A stretch of 64,000 nucleotides of DNA from Takakia lepidozioides (lineage: Eukaryota; Plantae; Bryophyta), in contig CM060732.1 in NCBI GenBank assembly GCA_030704615.1, forward strand, positions 74,834,001 to 74,898,000. The letters are read 5' to 3'. Below are positions 10,626-24,500 of the stretch, in pieces. Position 1 is the stretch's first letter, and each line of letters begins with the position of its first letter. Both the position numbers and the translations under genes were made by a program. The notes below the pieces were generated by a model, which did no database searches, was not told the origin of the DNA, and worked only from the letters and a program-made list of their open reading frames with translations.

Positions 10626-13449
10626 GTTTTGGCAAGTTTGGACCTCATCAGTTTTTAAGTCAATCACACCATCCCTGGACATTTCACTATCTGCTATCGT
10701 TCTTGGCTTGGATGTTTGCTTCAGATATTGTAAGCCAGCCACTAAGTAGACCCAACAATGATGTTCATTGTCATTTAACCCACTTTAATGGCAAAGTGAC
10801 AATAAATCAATACAACCGGACAACCACCTGTACATATACAACATGGCAATTGACCCAACACCTCTCAAACAGAAGAAACCAACAACAAGCCTAGCCAACA
10901 GCTGCCCAAAGACTGAGCGTGGATCAATTCCTCAATTCAAGCCTGATGCCAATAGTGGAGACCACAAGAACAACAGGAGGGAAGCCCATTGCACCAGCCA
11001 CAAAGCACTCCATGTGGAAAGCACAAAGCACTATGTAAATGGCACTCACTGAATTGCGAACGAGTTGCATTGACTGAGCTGCGGTCGCCGGTGACTTGCT
11101 CGCGCCCGCCCCGCGCTCCTTGCTGTGCAGTCACCCACCCCATGAATACACAAACAACCAAAAACAAAACACAAAACAAGAAAGAACAAGAATAGAAGGA
11201 GATGGATTGAGAGAGATGATGAAAGAGAGGGAGGCAGAGAGAGAGGGAAGAGGGGCAGGGAGGGAGAAAGGGAGAGATCGCAGGGAAGGGGAGTCGCTGC
11301 ATACCTCTGTTGCGCGCAAGATCGACTGCCCGATTTTTAGTCGGTGACCGCGATTTACCACCTTGGGGGAGGACGTGCTAAATTTCGGAGGAACCCCTAC
11401 GTCAGCTTTAACAGCAGCTAGGAGCCCGCTAACTAGCGGGGGTTGTAACGGGCAAGTGCGGCCGTCACCACGCCGTTAACGGCTGGTAGCTAGCTTAGCA
11501 AGCCGCTTAGCAGCCAGGTGCGGCCGGGGCGTAAGGCCGGTATAATATTTCACTATCACTATCATCCTCATTACCCTCATCATCTGTAATATCCACCGTG
11601 GTCTTTGTCTGATGATCCGGAGTCGAGTGTGGAGATGGATCACCGCCAGTGGGAATAATAAGAATGGAACTGCAAGGAAGAGGATGAGGGGGACTCTCAT
11701 AAAGAGGGTCGGTCTCCTGAGGAGGAGAACCAAGAACAAGAGTATGAGGGAAACTCTGAGGAACATGAGGAAGAGGGTTGTTTTCCTCTGGATAAGGACC
11801 AAGAAGACTTGAAAAAATAAATAAATAAATAAAATAAAAATCCTTTGAAGTAAGAGGGTCGGGTGTCTGAATTGTTGTGTCAGCAGTGTCAATGCCAATA
11901 CTCATGGCGTGCCCATCTGGATCTCCATCACCATGATCCGGATGATCATCATCTGACAAAGAAAAACTACCATCGCTCCCATGAGAAACTGACAAACATT
12001 TCATATGCATGTAGGCCTTTACTGTCTTTCTTGTGTTTTCCTCTCTTGCACCCTCAATTAGTCTCCATTTGGTCGTAGCCTTGGAAACACGGGCTTCCAT
12101 CTTTGTCTTGTTCATACCTGCAACAATATTTCAATACTTTTAGTATTGAACTTCAAATCAATGGGTACATACATAGATAATATCTACTACACTTTGTTGA
12201 TACACATAAATAAATAAATAACATTCAAATATGGATATACCTCTAACGTTTTTTCTCGTGTTGATGGTATTCAAAGGAAAGTTGCAATGCTTATGTGCGG
12301 TAGTCAAAGTTGTCGTCCCATGCATGTTTATTCCAAGCATTTTGCATCTATCGTTGCAAGGTTTTGGGACTTCTTCAATTTCTTGAAGAGATCCATCATG
12401 TAAGCTTGATTCTGGACTTCCCTCGACACTCGAATTTTGTTGAACCTACATAGGCACAACCACCACAAAATGATTCATATTTTGATTCAATGACATTGGT
12501 TCATTGATTTGATGCCTTTAGAAGCTTACACATAAGCTTTGTTAATCTAATATGAATTCTACCAACATTCTATAGCCACATGAAGAGCAAAATAATGAAG
12601 TGGAGTGGAATGGCATATGACATACCTCAAAATGTTCATAAAATGATGAATTTTGAAGTGATTCTCTCCAGCTTGTGTCACGGGGTAGGGGAGGGGGGTA
12701 GGGGCGGGTAGGGCGGGGGTGTGATTCGGTTGCTGGTGGGGCCACCAAGAGTCCGAGCCTAGGTAGGCTGGGGCGGAGGCTGGCAAGGTGTTGGCGGGCC
12801 TGTGCCATGGATTTGAGGTTTTGCCACTTTGATCCCAAGGAAATTCGCCATTTGGCTCGTGAAGGGGGGTGGGGGGGGGGGGGGGGGCACACGTGCCCCA
12901 GGCATGTGGGGCCTCAGAGTGGTGTAGGTGGGGGGACAAGGGAGCCACCGTCATTACGACGTGGCTACCGAAAATTCGCGGGCCTTCTCCACAGCGCCCT
13001 GCAGTCTATCTCATTTAACCACTCAAGGAGAAGGAAACCAACATACTATGGCCATGTCAACAAGCCTCCGCAGTGAACAAAATTATCAAAATGCAACTGC
13101 ATTCAAGAGATAAAGACCTAAACACAAATACATAGTGACAATGAGGAGACTACAGGAAGGAGAACTGCCATTAAACCATAATCTAGAAGCACCAAAGAGT
13201 AGGATCAAGTAAAGAGTTCCATCCCATACCCTCGTGGATTACAAATCAGCTCATGAACCATGTGACAGATCTGATAAGAATCACCTACTGAATCAAGCAC
13301 TCTTCCCATACTTTTAAGGGCTACCAGGTTTGCACACGCATTGGGCTATGTGGTTGGGCTGCACTTGAAAAGCCTATGTGTCCCTTGCCCCGGCCCTGGT
13401 GTTCATATCACCTAATCATTAACCCCCCAGGCTACAACCATATTGTTAA

Positions 13450-14164
13450 CCCCTAAAGGACGAGCTAACTTTTGGGAGTTTTCCCAAAAAGTGGGCCATA
13501 CCCTCCATTGTTGAGCTGTAACTTCCTACCCCCTTACATCCAGCTGGATGGACCGTTCCATTTCATCCCTACCTACTACATGAAGGTCCTCAGGAAATTG
13601 TAGCACTTTTGACCGTTCCATTTAGTAGATTATAACAAAAGAAAATTGGCCAAGTTGACACCATGAACAAAAAAAAAGAGGAAAATTTGCTTTGACCATG
13701 CAAGTTTGGTGATTTTACATTTTTTTTTCTTGAAGAAATGGCCTCCAGACTCCGGATAAGGGGCAACCAACATGTCATCTCCCAGAATCTCAGACCAAAA
13801 TGCCAAAAAATATGGGGGGGGCTGCTTTTGGTGTGAAATCTTGGGGGGTAAATTATCTTGTTTTGGCTTCTTTCCCAAGTACACCCCTGAGGTGACCTTT
13901 TTTTTCCAATTCCTTTGGTAAGTAAGTGCACAGTAACATTTCATGTGCCTTGTCCAAAATTCTTGGCATTATGATAAATTTTCAGCTCTAGATGTTATCT
14001 TGAACATTGCCCATTTGACTGCCACATAGGCAGGTCAATGGTGCTCTAACACTGGATTTCCTGAAACCCTGGCACTTTGCAAAATTCTAGGGAGCAGAGC
14101 TTTTATGTTTTTTTGGCGCTGTAAATTCCCACGTGTGCTCCTTTGTCGCGTCGTCCTTTAGGGG
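13450..14164. mobile_element. Non-autonomous piggyBac-type element, 715 bp
   Basis: Perfect 14-bp TIR CCCCTAAAGGACGA / TCGTCCTTTAGGGG, flanked by TTAA on both sides (13446-13449 and 14165-14168). Confidence 0.8.
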
Positions 14165-14229
14165 TTAAGTACTCCCTTTACATTTGCGTTGTATCAAACA
14201 AACTAATAAGTACATAAAAATTAACTAAT

Positions 14230-15100
14230 ACAACATCGAACAGAAAAGTACCTTAGTTTCTTCTAGGGGTCATCATCACTTGAAGACCCATGGTTTGAAT
14301 CAGACATGTCATCTCTCTCTAATTCCTCCCTAGGAATTGGCAAGGGGGTGAGAGCAGCAGCGGCTTTAATCATCGTCATTGTGTGGCCCTCGTCAGTTTG
14401 CAAAGGTTCATGATCATCCTCGTCAACTATGTTGGAGCCTTCTAAGGAAGGCGTATCATCGTAGTCCTCTCAAAGGAGACTCCCCAAAACCTCAGCAATG
14501 ACGCTTCGAGACTAGGGGTCCTTGTGCTCCAACCAAGACTTGTTGTATCATCAGCAAAAAAAACTTGCTCCACTTGTGAGGGAAAAATAAAGGGCTGATC
14601 GTTTTCAGGAAACGTACAAGTAAAGTCCACCAGGATGAAATCGTACTCGTCTTTCTTCATGGTGGCATTTCGACCCACCATGTTGGCCTTCACCCAAGTA
14701 CACTTGAATAAAATAGGCTGCAATGTGCCATAGTGTAACTGTAAAATCTGATTAATGACCCTAACATATTGAAGAGACGCCCTCACTGGATTGGAATCGG
14801 ACGCACTACTCATACTGTCTTGTTGAAAGATAGAACATACCCCACTATCAAAAATCACATGGGCTTGTCCATGAGAATGCCTCACCCTATAGTGGTGGTT
14901 TCCATAGGCCCTCATATTAGGATATGACTTCACTATGAAAGAGGGGGGTACACTAAACCTCACCACATCCAAATCCACATCCTCCCTTACTGATTGTGCG
15001 TTTGCTAAAGCATGGGGGACTCCTGGAATGGGGGTGGTAATTGGAGGTGTGGAGGGTAATTCACACAAGGCTGTCTTCCATGACGACGAAGACCACAGTG
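14230..15100 (-). pseudogene. CACTA transposase 3' fragment (DUF4216-like)
   Basis: YPNMRAYGNH..., LFKCTWVK, KDEYDFILVDF and QPFIFPSQVEQVFF; homologous to 45226-46137. Confidence 0.8.
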
Positions 15101-15230
15101 ATGTGCTAGGAAGGCTTCCCTACCAGCAACCATTCCTTCTTTCTCAGTTTTGTATACTCTGCACATTATTTTCTCCTCTCACTATAATTTAATGATGAGC
15201 AATCGCTCCTATGTTTAATTAGTAAATAAG

Positions 15231-18200
15231 ATTTATTTATTTATTTTTATTTTTATTTTTTTTCGGTTAACAGGGTTGGAGCCCTGGTTAACTTTATTCA
15301 GAAATATTTTTGGTGGGCGAGGCCCTTACATAGATGGTTATTGGGAGGGAAAAAATTAAACCCTCTGATTACGCCATAAGGCACACACACCGTAGTCAGT
15401 GAATCGGAGCCTAACCACTCATGATGAGTAATAACGAACTGTCCGGCCTGAGGCCTTTTTGCGTAATGCTGCTAAGTGATGGTGATCCCACCGGATTCGA
15501 TAATGTATGTTCCTCAAAACCATAGCTGCTAGAATAAAAAACTAGCTACGGTTAGGCCTGCTTCAGCGGATTGCTTGCCTGGCGGACTTAGCGGAAGCTG
15601 AGTCTGGAGGCCTTTGATGATTGCTTAATGTGCTTCCAGTTGGGGTTGTTGCAGATAATTCCAGGTTGGGGCTGTTGCAGATAATCCCATTCCGCCCCTA
15701 GGTCGCAATGAAGGTAGAGTGTAGCTGGGTAGTTTGGTGGTCCGATCGTGCTCTCTCGATATCTGCACATAGTTTTTTCCACGCTTTCCTGGATTCAATT
15801 TGCATGTCCATGTAGATTTTTGTGAGGAGTGAGGAAGTTCTAGTTGTTTTTGCATTGAAAGTTTTTTCGCATCTTATTTTCCAGAGGTGCTAGAGCGTAG
15901 CGCTTCTAAGAGTATCGTAAACTGGGCAGCGATTGGCTTTTGTTTTTGTTGCTGGTCGTAATTCAGCAGAATGGCCGCCGGGGTGAGGTTTATGTGCCCC
16001 CAGGTTCTGTAGAAGCTTGCGACGAGGGGCCAGACTGCTGCTGGTCCGTGACAGTGAAGCAGGCAGTGCTCTACTGTTTCTATTACGGCAGCCGAACAAC
16101 ATTTGCAGATGAGGGCAGCATCAAATCCCAACCATTCCCCTACTTTTATTGCCATGTTTGCTATTTGCCAGAGAAACGCTGCTACCTTGGCTGGTCTTGT
16201 TTTGTTCCAGATTGTCCCCTAGATGGAGTTCCAGTTTTCAATTTGGAAGTTCATGTGACTCCATCTCTCGTTCCATTTACCCAATAGGGGCTGGGGGTTC
16301 AGCATTGCCGATTATGCGTTTTTGGTTGTGTACTCAAAGAATGGCTTGGGGGATGGCTTGAAATTCCAATGCCACTCTTTGGGATCCATGTCCAGATCTT
16401 GTAGGGGTCTCCCACCAATCCAAACAAATGTTTGACTGGCCAGCCAACTTATCAAGGAAGTGGTGAGCGGTGGGAGAGGGTTCATCTCCTTAGCTAGGGA
16501 TGACCACCAGCAGACCCTTATGGGGGTGTGGGTCAAACGAGGGGTAGGTAGGAGTTGACGGTTTTGAAGGGTAAGCCTCATGGAGTTCACTTCGCAGTGA
16601 AAGTGATATCCGGAGAATTGGTAATCGGTTTTTTCGGTGACAAACAGAATGGTAATAGTGCTGTTGATTATTCCCAGCGTCCAGAAAGTGTCATTGGGCA
16701 TTACTGGGCCTTTAATAAGGTTAGGTAGCCACAGTGCTGACACTGATCGGAGAATGGTATCGTATGACTTGGTGGCTCTGGCTGCACCTACAGAGGCTGC
16801 AATTTGGTCTTTTGACCGGAAGCTGGCATTCGACCAGATGTGTTTGACCTTGTGAATGCCATTTACCTCCCAGGCAGACCATTTGCGAGCCTGATTTTTG
16901 TGATCTGTATATTGGATATTGGTATTGAGAAACAGGGATTGGCGGAGGGTTTCTTTGAACGATTCCGGGTCTGATTTTGTAAGATAGGGCCTGAGCTTGG
17001 CCCATGCCTGCCAGATTGCCGTCCACAGAGGGGATCCGACTTGTTTATGTTTGAAGCCATTTACCATCCATCTGTAAGAAGGGCTCCAGATAATCGTCTT
17101 CAGCGGAGAGGCCAAGGCAATGGTTTCCAGGCCCCTCCTTCTGGTCCTATAAATCTGGGGATCCATTTCGCTAGAAGTGCAGTAAACTGAGTTTGTGGGT
17201 CTATAATGCCCAGTCCCCCTTTCTTCTTTGGTAGGCATATCTGCTTCCACGACACCTGTGGCCTTTTTTTCTCCGAGGGGTGCTTTGCCCCCCAGACAAA
17301 GTTGTGCAAGAGCTTTTTCATTTCATTCACTTGCATTTCGTTGGGCCTCCATGCTGAGGCGAAATACCATTGGCCAGCTGATAGGACCTGATTGGCTACC
17401 AGCACCCTACCAGTTAAAGACAAATGGTAGCTGCCCCAATGAGCCAGCTTGGTTTTAAATTTGGCTTGCGTTGCCTCAAAAATTTGTTGATCCGATAGAT
17501 CTATGCCATACGTATAACCTAGCAAGGTTGTTGATTGCCCTAGTTCCAGCCAGCTAAGACCTTTATCTTGTCCCCAAATTGGGTCAACTCCCAGAGTTGA
17601 GGCTGAGGTCTCTCCCACCAAAAGGGCACACGTTTTGCCCCAGTTAACCTTGAATCCAGAGGCCTGGCAAAATGCTTGCAGTAAACTGCTGGCATTATCT
17701 AGATTGGAGTGTGTGGCCTGTAAAGCTAGGAACGTATCGTCTACGAACATGGATTCTTTAATTTGTTGATGCTGTCTAGTGAAGTGATTTGTAATATGAA
17801 GACCGGTGAAGTGGTGGCTTGCCTCCATCATATGGCCCAGCGTGTCTACTGCTATTATGAAGAGGAAGGGGAAAGGGGGGCACCCTTGGCGTACCGACCG
17901 GAGCAGTGGAAATGACTTGGATGGATGCCCGTTGAGGAGAGCCCTGCTGGACGAACCCATCAATAGTGTTTGAACCCTTGAGCAGAACTTCTGGGAAATT
18001 CCCATCCTGTGGAGTGCCCCGAGTAGGAAGGACCACTCTACTCTATCGAATGCCTTTTCAAAGTCAAGAAGGAGCATTGCAAGTTGGTTTTTTTTGCAAA
18101 GACAGGAATTTCCTGGGCTAACATCAAGTTATCTAGTATATATCTGCCCTTGATGAAGCCAGTTTGGCTGGGTCTAATGATAACTGGGAGGTGGGGCTGC

Positions 18201-18284
18201 AGGCGGATTGCCAAGGCTTTGGCAATTATCTTGTAGGCCACGTTCAGCAGGGTTATGGGTCTATAATTTCCAATGTTTTCATAG
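15231..18284 (-). mobile_element. 5'-truncated L1-clade LINE (RT + zf-RVT), frameshifted
   Basis: NYRPITLLNVAYKI, LLDFEKAFDRVEW, SVRQGCP, MFVDD, PKKKGGLGI and C-terminal CxxC..ETVEHCLLHC. A-rich tail seen as (TTTA)n/Tn at 15231-15263. Confidence 0.92.
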
Positions 18285-18355
18285 CGCAAGACCTTTCAAA
18301 TGACTTTAATTTATTAAAATGATAAAAAAAAATGCTTTCTACTTGTTAGCACATA

Positions 18356-18389
18356 AGGGTTTAGGGTTAACAGTGGGGGGAGGGTTAGG
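18356..18389. promoter_or_regulatory. Telo-box-like motifs in the short CstF77 upstream region
   Basis: AGGGTTTAGGGTT and AGGGTTAGG about 200 bp upstream of the predicted ATG. Confidence 0.35.
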
Positions 18390-18567
18390 TACAGAACAGT
18401 TGCTGTGGCAAAGTTGGAGAAAGGAGTGGATTGCGGATGGTTGCGTACTGAATTTGGCAGGTTGTTGCAATTTTGTCATGGATTTGGTGATGGAGTGAGC
18501 TGTGAGAGGCTCTGGACACCGTCAATGTGGTAACTCTCAAAGCGGGGGAAGCGCAGGTGGTTGCAGC

Positions 18568-21500
18568 ATGATAGAAGGCACTGGTCCAGAGATTGGTCTT
18601 GCAAATGAAAACAGTGGCTCGGCCTCGACCTTGCATGGAGAGGTTGAAGGAACAGTTGCAAACTTCGACGATGGGTCTGCTGCCGCCTCACCTGAGCCAG
18701 CCAGCCCCATTTCGCACAATGTGAGGATAATTCTCCGCCAGATGGGAAGGCGCTGCTTTTTTGTTCACTCTCAGTTTTGTGTTGCCCTGTACCATCGCTC
18801 TTCTCACGTCTTAGGCAGAGTGTTGATTACTTAGGGTGGATATGAAAGGAACTCTGCTTTGTCATATTTTATTGTAGGAACGGCGTGCGCGGGAGCGTAT
18901 TGAATCAAATCCATACGATGTGGAGGCATGGACTCTTCTCTGCAACGAAGCTCAAGTATCATTACTCACCCTTACTTCCAACTCAAGACGTGTTATTGTA
19001 TTTTGTATCGATTGCTTGGTTTTGGCGGTATTGATTCCTTTGCAGTGAAGCTCAACTACAGATTCATGAATTGCTTATAGAAAACAGTTGCCGTGTATCC
19101 ACTTTTATTTTATTTTTTCATTCTTACCACTATTACAATGCTATCGCTGTAGCACTTCGGGTCAGCCAGCTCTAGGTTCGAAAAAGTCTTTCTTGCTCGG
19201 TCAATGCCAGCCATGGCGTCAGGTTTGAAATGCCGGGGTTCAGCAGATTAGGCACTTGTAATCTCCATTTTTCTGGGCACAGTCTTACAAGTTTTGATTC
19301 CTGGTCCAATGAGGATCAGTGCAGTAACGGAGCCTTGAATGAGAGCAGAGCGCTTGTGGTAGCTGATTTTTTGTCAGACGATTTTTTTTTGTTGACAGGG
19401 CTATGAGCATCATATGACCTAGCATTTAGGTTTTATTCTCAGGTTTAGCAAGCACATTTAGGCAGTCATTTGAAACATTGAAACTTGCTCAGTGGAAAAT
19501 GTGCACTGCTTGGTGACAGAGGGCAAGCCGCAAGGCTCCCAAGTTTTGGTGTGGTTAGGTCATTGCTTTGATGGAGTCTACATGGAACTTACCGCTTGCA
19601 CAAGGATTCAGATGCAGACATGGTAATCTGTAGAACGCCTTCCCTACCGGTCGTTGCTCATCAACAGCATCATACCATGAAAAACACTGAAGTTGGGAGG
19701 CAGTAAAGTCTGAGGGTCTTCTGGCTCATGATACTATTGGACCTTGCAGTCTCACTGACACATCACCCGCCTCTGTCACAAGTTCACATACTGTGCGTTT
19801 CATTTGCTGACCACACCTTGTGTAAACCTGACTTCAGGCTCAGTACACCCAGCTCTCAAACGACTTGTCCTTTGTCGCCAAAATGTACGGCCCTTTGGTT
19901 TAGAGTGTATGCACATGAGAGCACAGTCGTGTTCATCCCTGTCACAATGTGATTTTCCCCTCCTTTTTGAAATGGTTGAGTTTCCCCAGCAGAGCTCCCG
20001 TATTTTCTTGGCCTTGCAGGTTTCAATGTTTGTCCTCTGATGTCACATAGGATGGGATGGTGGACAGGCACTGCCAATTGCAAGGGCTGCTCCAATTTTT
20101 GAACAACTGCTTTCCATCTTCCCAACAGCGGTATTCTTGACTTTCCCAATTCCCTGTTTGGGTGCTTTAGCTGTTGAAGCTTTGATGGGATACATAATTG
20201 TCTGTGTTTAAAAGAGGATCTGGTCTTGTTGGTGTAATCCTTGTACATCATAGCTGTCTCTTCTTCTGGCATCTCTGGGTTGCCGGCTCAAGGGACCTAT
20301 GAATCGAGCTCCCCCAAACTGAGGGCTAAAATGCGCAGGCAAGGTATTGGAGAACGTACGTGGAGGCACATATGGCTGCAAATGACGATGATGCAGTGAA
20401 GCAGATATTTAGCCGGTGTCTCCTCCACTGCCTCAATGTGGACCTCTGGTAAGCTTCTCTCTTTTTTTTAGGTTTCTTCACCTTATTGACATGTTTTGGA
20501 GTGCCTCTTTTTTGCTTTCCTGCAGGTGGAAGATATTAGTCAATAGAATTGCAATTCTACACATTCTGATGGGTGGCGTAGCTTGAACTCTGCTTTTTAG
20601 AGTGCATGTGTCGCTTTCTAAGGCTATGAGGAAAGTGCTTCTTGGAAGTGATCTCCTCAAGGTTCTTTGTCCGCATGCTTGATGTTGCGAGGGTGTAGTT
20701 CACAACTATTTTTTATTTGCAATTTTTCAGCATGTCTCCTTGCATACCAATGCCTGTTGCAAGCATGAAGTGATCCTATTGGTGCTTGCTGTTCAAACTT
20801 GCACGTTCATGTTTCTGATTTTGACAGCCCTCACAGTATCTTCACTAAGGCATGCCTGTAGTGCATTGTGCTGTTCTTTCTGATGAGACATCACGAGGTA
20901 TAGGTTCAAATTTTTTCATCACTTGCATTTGGTGTGTGAATGACTCTGCCAAAGTTCTTCCATCATCTTCTCTCACAAGTTCCTGCATGGTATGCTGTGG
21001 GACACAAACTCCAATGTGATGAGTTTTCATCGTATGCTGTCTTCGATTGCATTGCATCTTCTGCCGCTTGAAGTCTTTCCTTCTTTTGTGTGTTTCCATG
21101 CAGATTGGTTGTGATTCCCTCTATCTTTGTGCATACCTGCAATCTGTTTGTTTGGAGAAGTGCTGTGCTGCCCCCTCATGTATAATCTAAATTTGTCCTC
21201 TCTGGGGCAAATTTAAGTTGTTTTCTCTTTGGAAGCAGGATTAGCTGAACTGACAATTTGGTGTGCTTCAATGGTAGAGTTCTTTGTATTTGCACAGAAC
21301 ACATGTGAGCAAAGATATATATGAAAGGGAGAGGTAGAGGGAGGATAGCAAGACTCAGTTTTCTATCTGTTTGTGCCACATACATACGGCTGGGGTCGTG
21401 CAAACTGAGAGAGAGACTGCAGGCAGGGTGCATAGGAAAATTGATGGTGAATAGGGTGGTTTAATTGAGACAGTTTGAACATTGAATCTAGGGGCCTGTT

Positions 21501-24500
21501 AATGGATGGTACAGGAGGTCTTATTTACGGTACATGCGTAAAGTGAACGACAGCAGAGGCCCTGAAGGGTGTGACGAAATGAAGAAGGCGTTTGAGTTTA
21601 TGCTTGGTCATATTGGTGCGTCCTTCACAGCATTGTCTTGAGAGTTCACTTCTTTAGTCTCTGTTGCATGCAATATCTTCATTGGCTTTGCCCCTAAAAT
21701 ATTTTACTTCCTTCCTCTCTGGATATCGGCACATCATGTCAGGTGCCTACCATGGTTTCTACCACCCTCTCTAATGCTTGTGCTGTCAAGCTGCTTGTTG
21801 TTTTCTGATTGCTGTGGGACCTTTCTTCCCAAAGTGTTTTAAAAGCTGAGAGGTACATGACTGTATCTCATTGAGGTGAGAATGGTCAACGGTTGACTTA
21901 CCTGCAAAGGTGAAATTGTCCACATATTTTAGAAGTAAAACCACTTCCACTGCCAGTGATTTTTCAACCTGCACATTTTTCTGAAGAAGACTTGACTATC
22001 CACTACCCAAACAAATGTGTCGGTTACCTTTCACTTTTTCTTCTCGGAAGTGTCTAGGGTATATTGTGCAACTTTGGTCTATGCTTAAGAATGTTGTTTG
22101 GAGTTGACCCAGAAGGCTGTGCTGATGAATTTTTATTTTGTGTGCCAAGCAGCTTGACTACTTATTTTGCTTGTAGTGGAGGTCTTGGTCTGCAATGCTG
22201 GTGGGATTGCTGGTGTGCTAGGGTGTTTGTGCTAGTTTGTGTTTTTGTCAAGTAGTGCCTCTAATGAGACTCTTTACTTCATGCATGTCAATCTAGTCTG
22301 CGACCAGTGTTGCAGTCTCGGATTAGACTGTCCGTACATGATTCTAATGCAGGACATTTGGAGGGACATTTGTCCGGAAAGTTGGCTTTCTTATTCTCAC
22401 TGTCATTTTTCCCTTGAATCACCAGTGTTGTCTCTAGTTTGTAAAAGTTGAAGGGACTATCCACTGATTGTGATGTGGATGTTGGGACAGGTGATGACAT
22501 CGGAGCAGGGCCTGTTTGGCTTGAGTACATTTCCTTTCTAAAAGCAGCTCCGGTATGTTACTTTCTTCATATCCTCGTTGTTCTTGTGGAATACCCTACA
22601 TGAAATGGTAATTTTCTTTGAGGTTATCAAGGGCTCTCATAGGTCACAGAGCAGCTTTAAATTTGCAGTTCATGGTTAAGGTGGAACAATGGAGAAGTAT
22701 CTGTCTCTGTAAATGTTTTCTGGCTACATATGGCATTCTCCACAGGAGTGGGTGGATGAACAAAGTCCAGGTTCATTATATCTTATGCCAACATGGCAAG
22801 CCTCCTTGTTGGGAAAGAAAATTGGATCCTAAGTAGACATATAAGCTAGAAGTTTGCAAGGGTTTCTTCTTGAGAGATTGTCCTTCAGTTTAACCCAATG
22901 CAATGGAGGGAGGAACATATGCTATCAGCAAAGACTTTCAGGACTCAAGTTGACTTTTAGATGAGTTATGGATAATATATTGTGATGACTTTTTTTTTCC
23001 CTAGTATATTTTGTTTAATCTCATTTCACTGTTGCATGCTTTTCGGAAGAAATTTGCAAGAATAGGAGTGAACCAACTAGCTAATTGACCTATTGTCACA
23101 GGTGTAACCGCAAACAGAGTTTTAAAGTATCACATCCGGAATTCCACATGTCACATCCAGAATTCCTGTAACTGGCAGTAGGTGGCTTTCTTGAGACCTC
23201 GGATAACTAGCATAGAAACCAAACTGCTGATATCAAGGTTGGGTGGAGGGTAATGAGCAGTCAGCGACTTCTCTAGAAGAGTCCCAACAGATGTCTGCAG
23301 TGCGGAAAGCGTACCAGAAGGCGATACTAGCCCCTATTCACCTGGTGGAGCAAATCTGGAAGGAATATGAGAATTTTGAGAATTCTGTCAGCCGTGTCCT
23401 GGTATGCTGATTCCCCTATTTTGAGTCTATAATAATATAGCTACCATTTGTGGTCTATAAACAAGGTTCAATAATTTTGAGTTCCCACATCGGCACGCAC
23501 TTGGGTGGTTCATAAGGGAGTTTTATCGTCTTCTCACACACCACAGTCCCCAAGTTGTTTGCAACTCAATTGTTTCTGACTTTATTGGACATTGTGGATG
23601 TCCATGGTTGTGTGAGCGGTTGCATGGAGGGATTGCTTTCGCATCCACTTGTGCATCTCCATTTGACCTATTGCAGGTGGTGGGTGTGAATTGGCTGAGA
23701 TCAATTGCTTCTATCCATGCAAAGCATCAAGTTCTACGGCTGTTATCTGAAGGGCTGAACTTACTTATGCAGGCAAAAGGTCTCTTGGCAGAATACCAAC
23801 CCAAGCATTTCAGTGCCAGGGCTGTCTATAGGGAGCGCAAGAAACTCTGTGAGCGTATTGATGCAAACCTGCTTGCAGTACCCGTCACAGGCTCCTCCAA
23901 AGCAAGTTTTCATCCCTTACTTCACTTCACTAAGATCATGACCTGCATCTTATGGACACTGCTTAAGAAGCCATTTGTTACACCGGACTGTCACCTTATG
24001 CATAGGGAAAATCTTTCCTGTCTCAAGTCAGTGCGGTAGATATATACAAATATGTGCAAGAGATTTAATCCTAATATTTAGGAGTCATCTGTCTGCTCAT
24101 GTGTCCACTGATTGGTTGTTGACTACATACTGAATATGGTTCCCTTCTATGATGGCCAGTATGATAAGGACAGATATTTCGCATTTGGTCCCCATGTCAT
24201 GAGGGTAGATGCAGCCAGCCGAAACAAAGAGAACATAGTCACTTCATTGCAGGACTGCACACTGCCTACTAATTTGGGCAACCCACTAAATTGACATGGC
24301 TTGGCATCTACTTCCTCTGTGACCTTTGATTTTTCCTGCATTAGGCTGGGTGTTGGGTGAACAATCTAGTTCAAGCGCAGATTATGTTAGTTTGATCTTC
24401 TTATTCATGAAACAGGAAGTATGGGGTTTGTGATGAAAGCTTGTCTGACCAGATCTTGGAGTTCACTTCTTAGCATCTCTTGCGCAGCAATTGGTAGAAT

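Larger units (their letters stand above)
7307..11531 (+). mobile_element. PIF/Harbinger transposon (decayed)
   Basis: 17-bp TIR GGCCCCGGCCGCACCTG / CAGGTGCGGCCGGGGCG (1 mismatch). TAA TSD at 7304-7306 and 11532-11534. Encloses a HARBI1-like nuclease ORF. Confidence 0.92.

Noticed and set aside
10630-11300. Harbinger Myb/SANT partner gene
   Set aside because: There is a 5'UTR-like TC tract and an ATG on the minus strand, but no recognisable Myb/SANT motif.
12676-13267. Solo LTR (TGTCAC...GTGACA)
   Set aside because: No 4-6-bp TSD at either candidate end.
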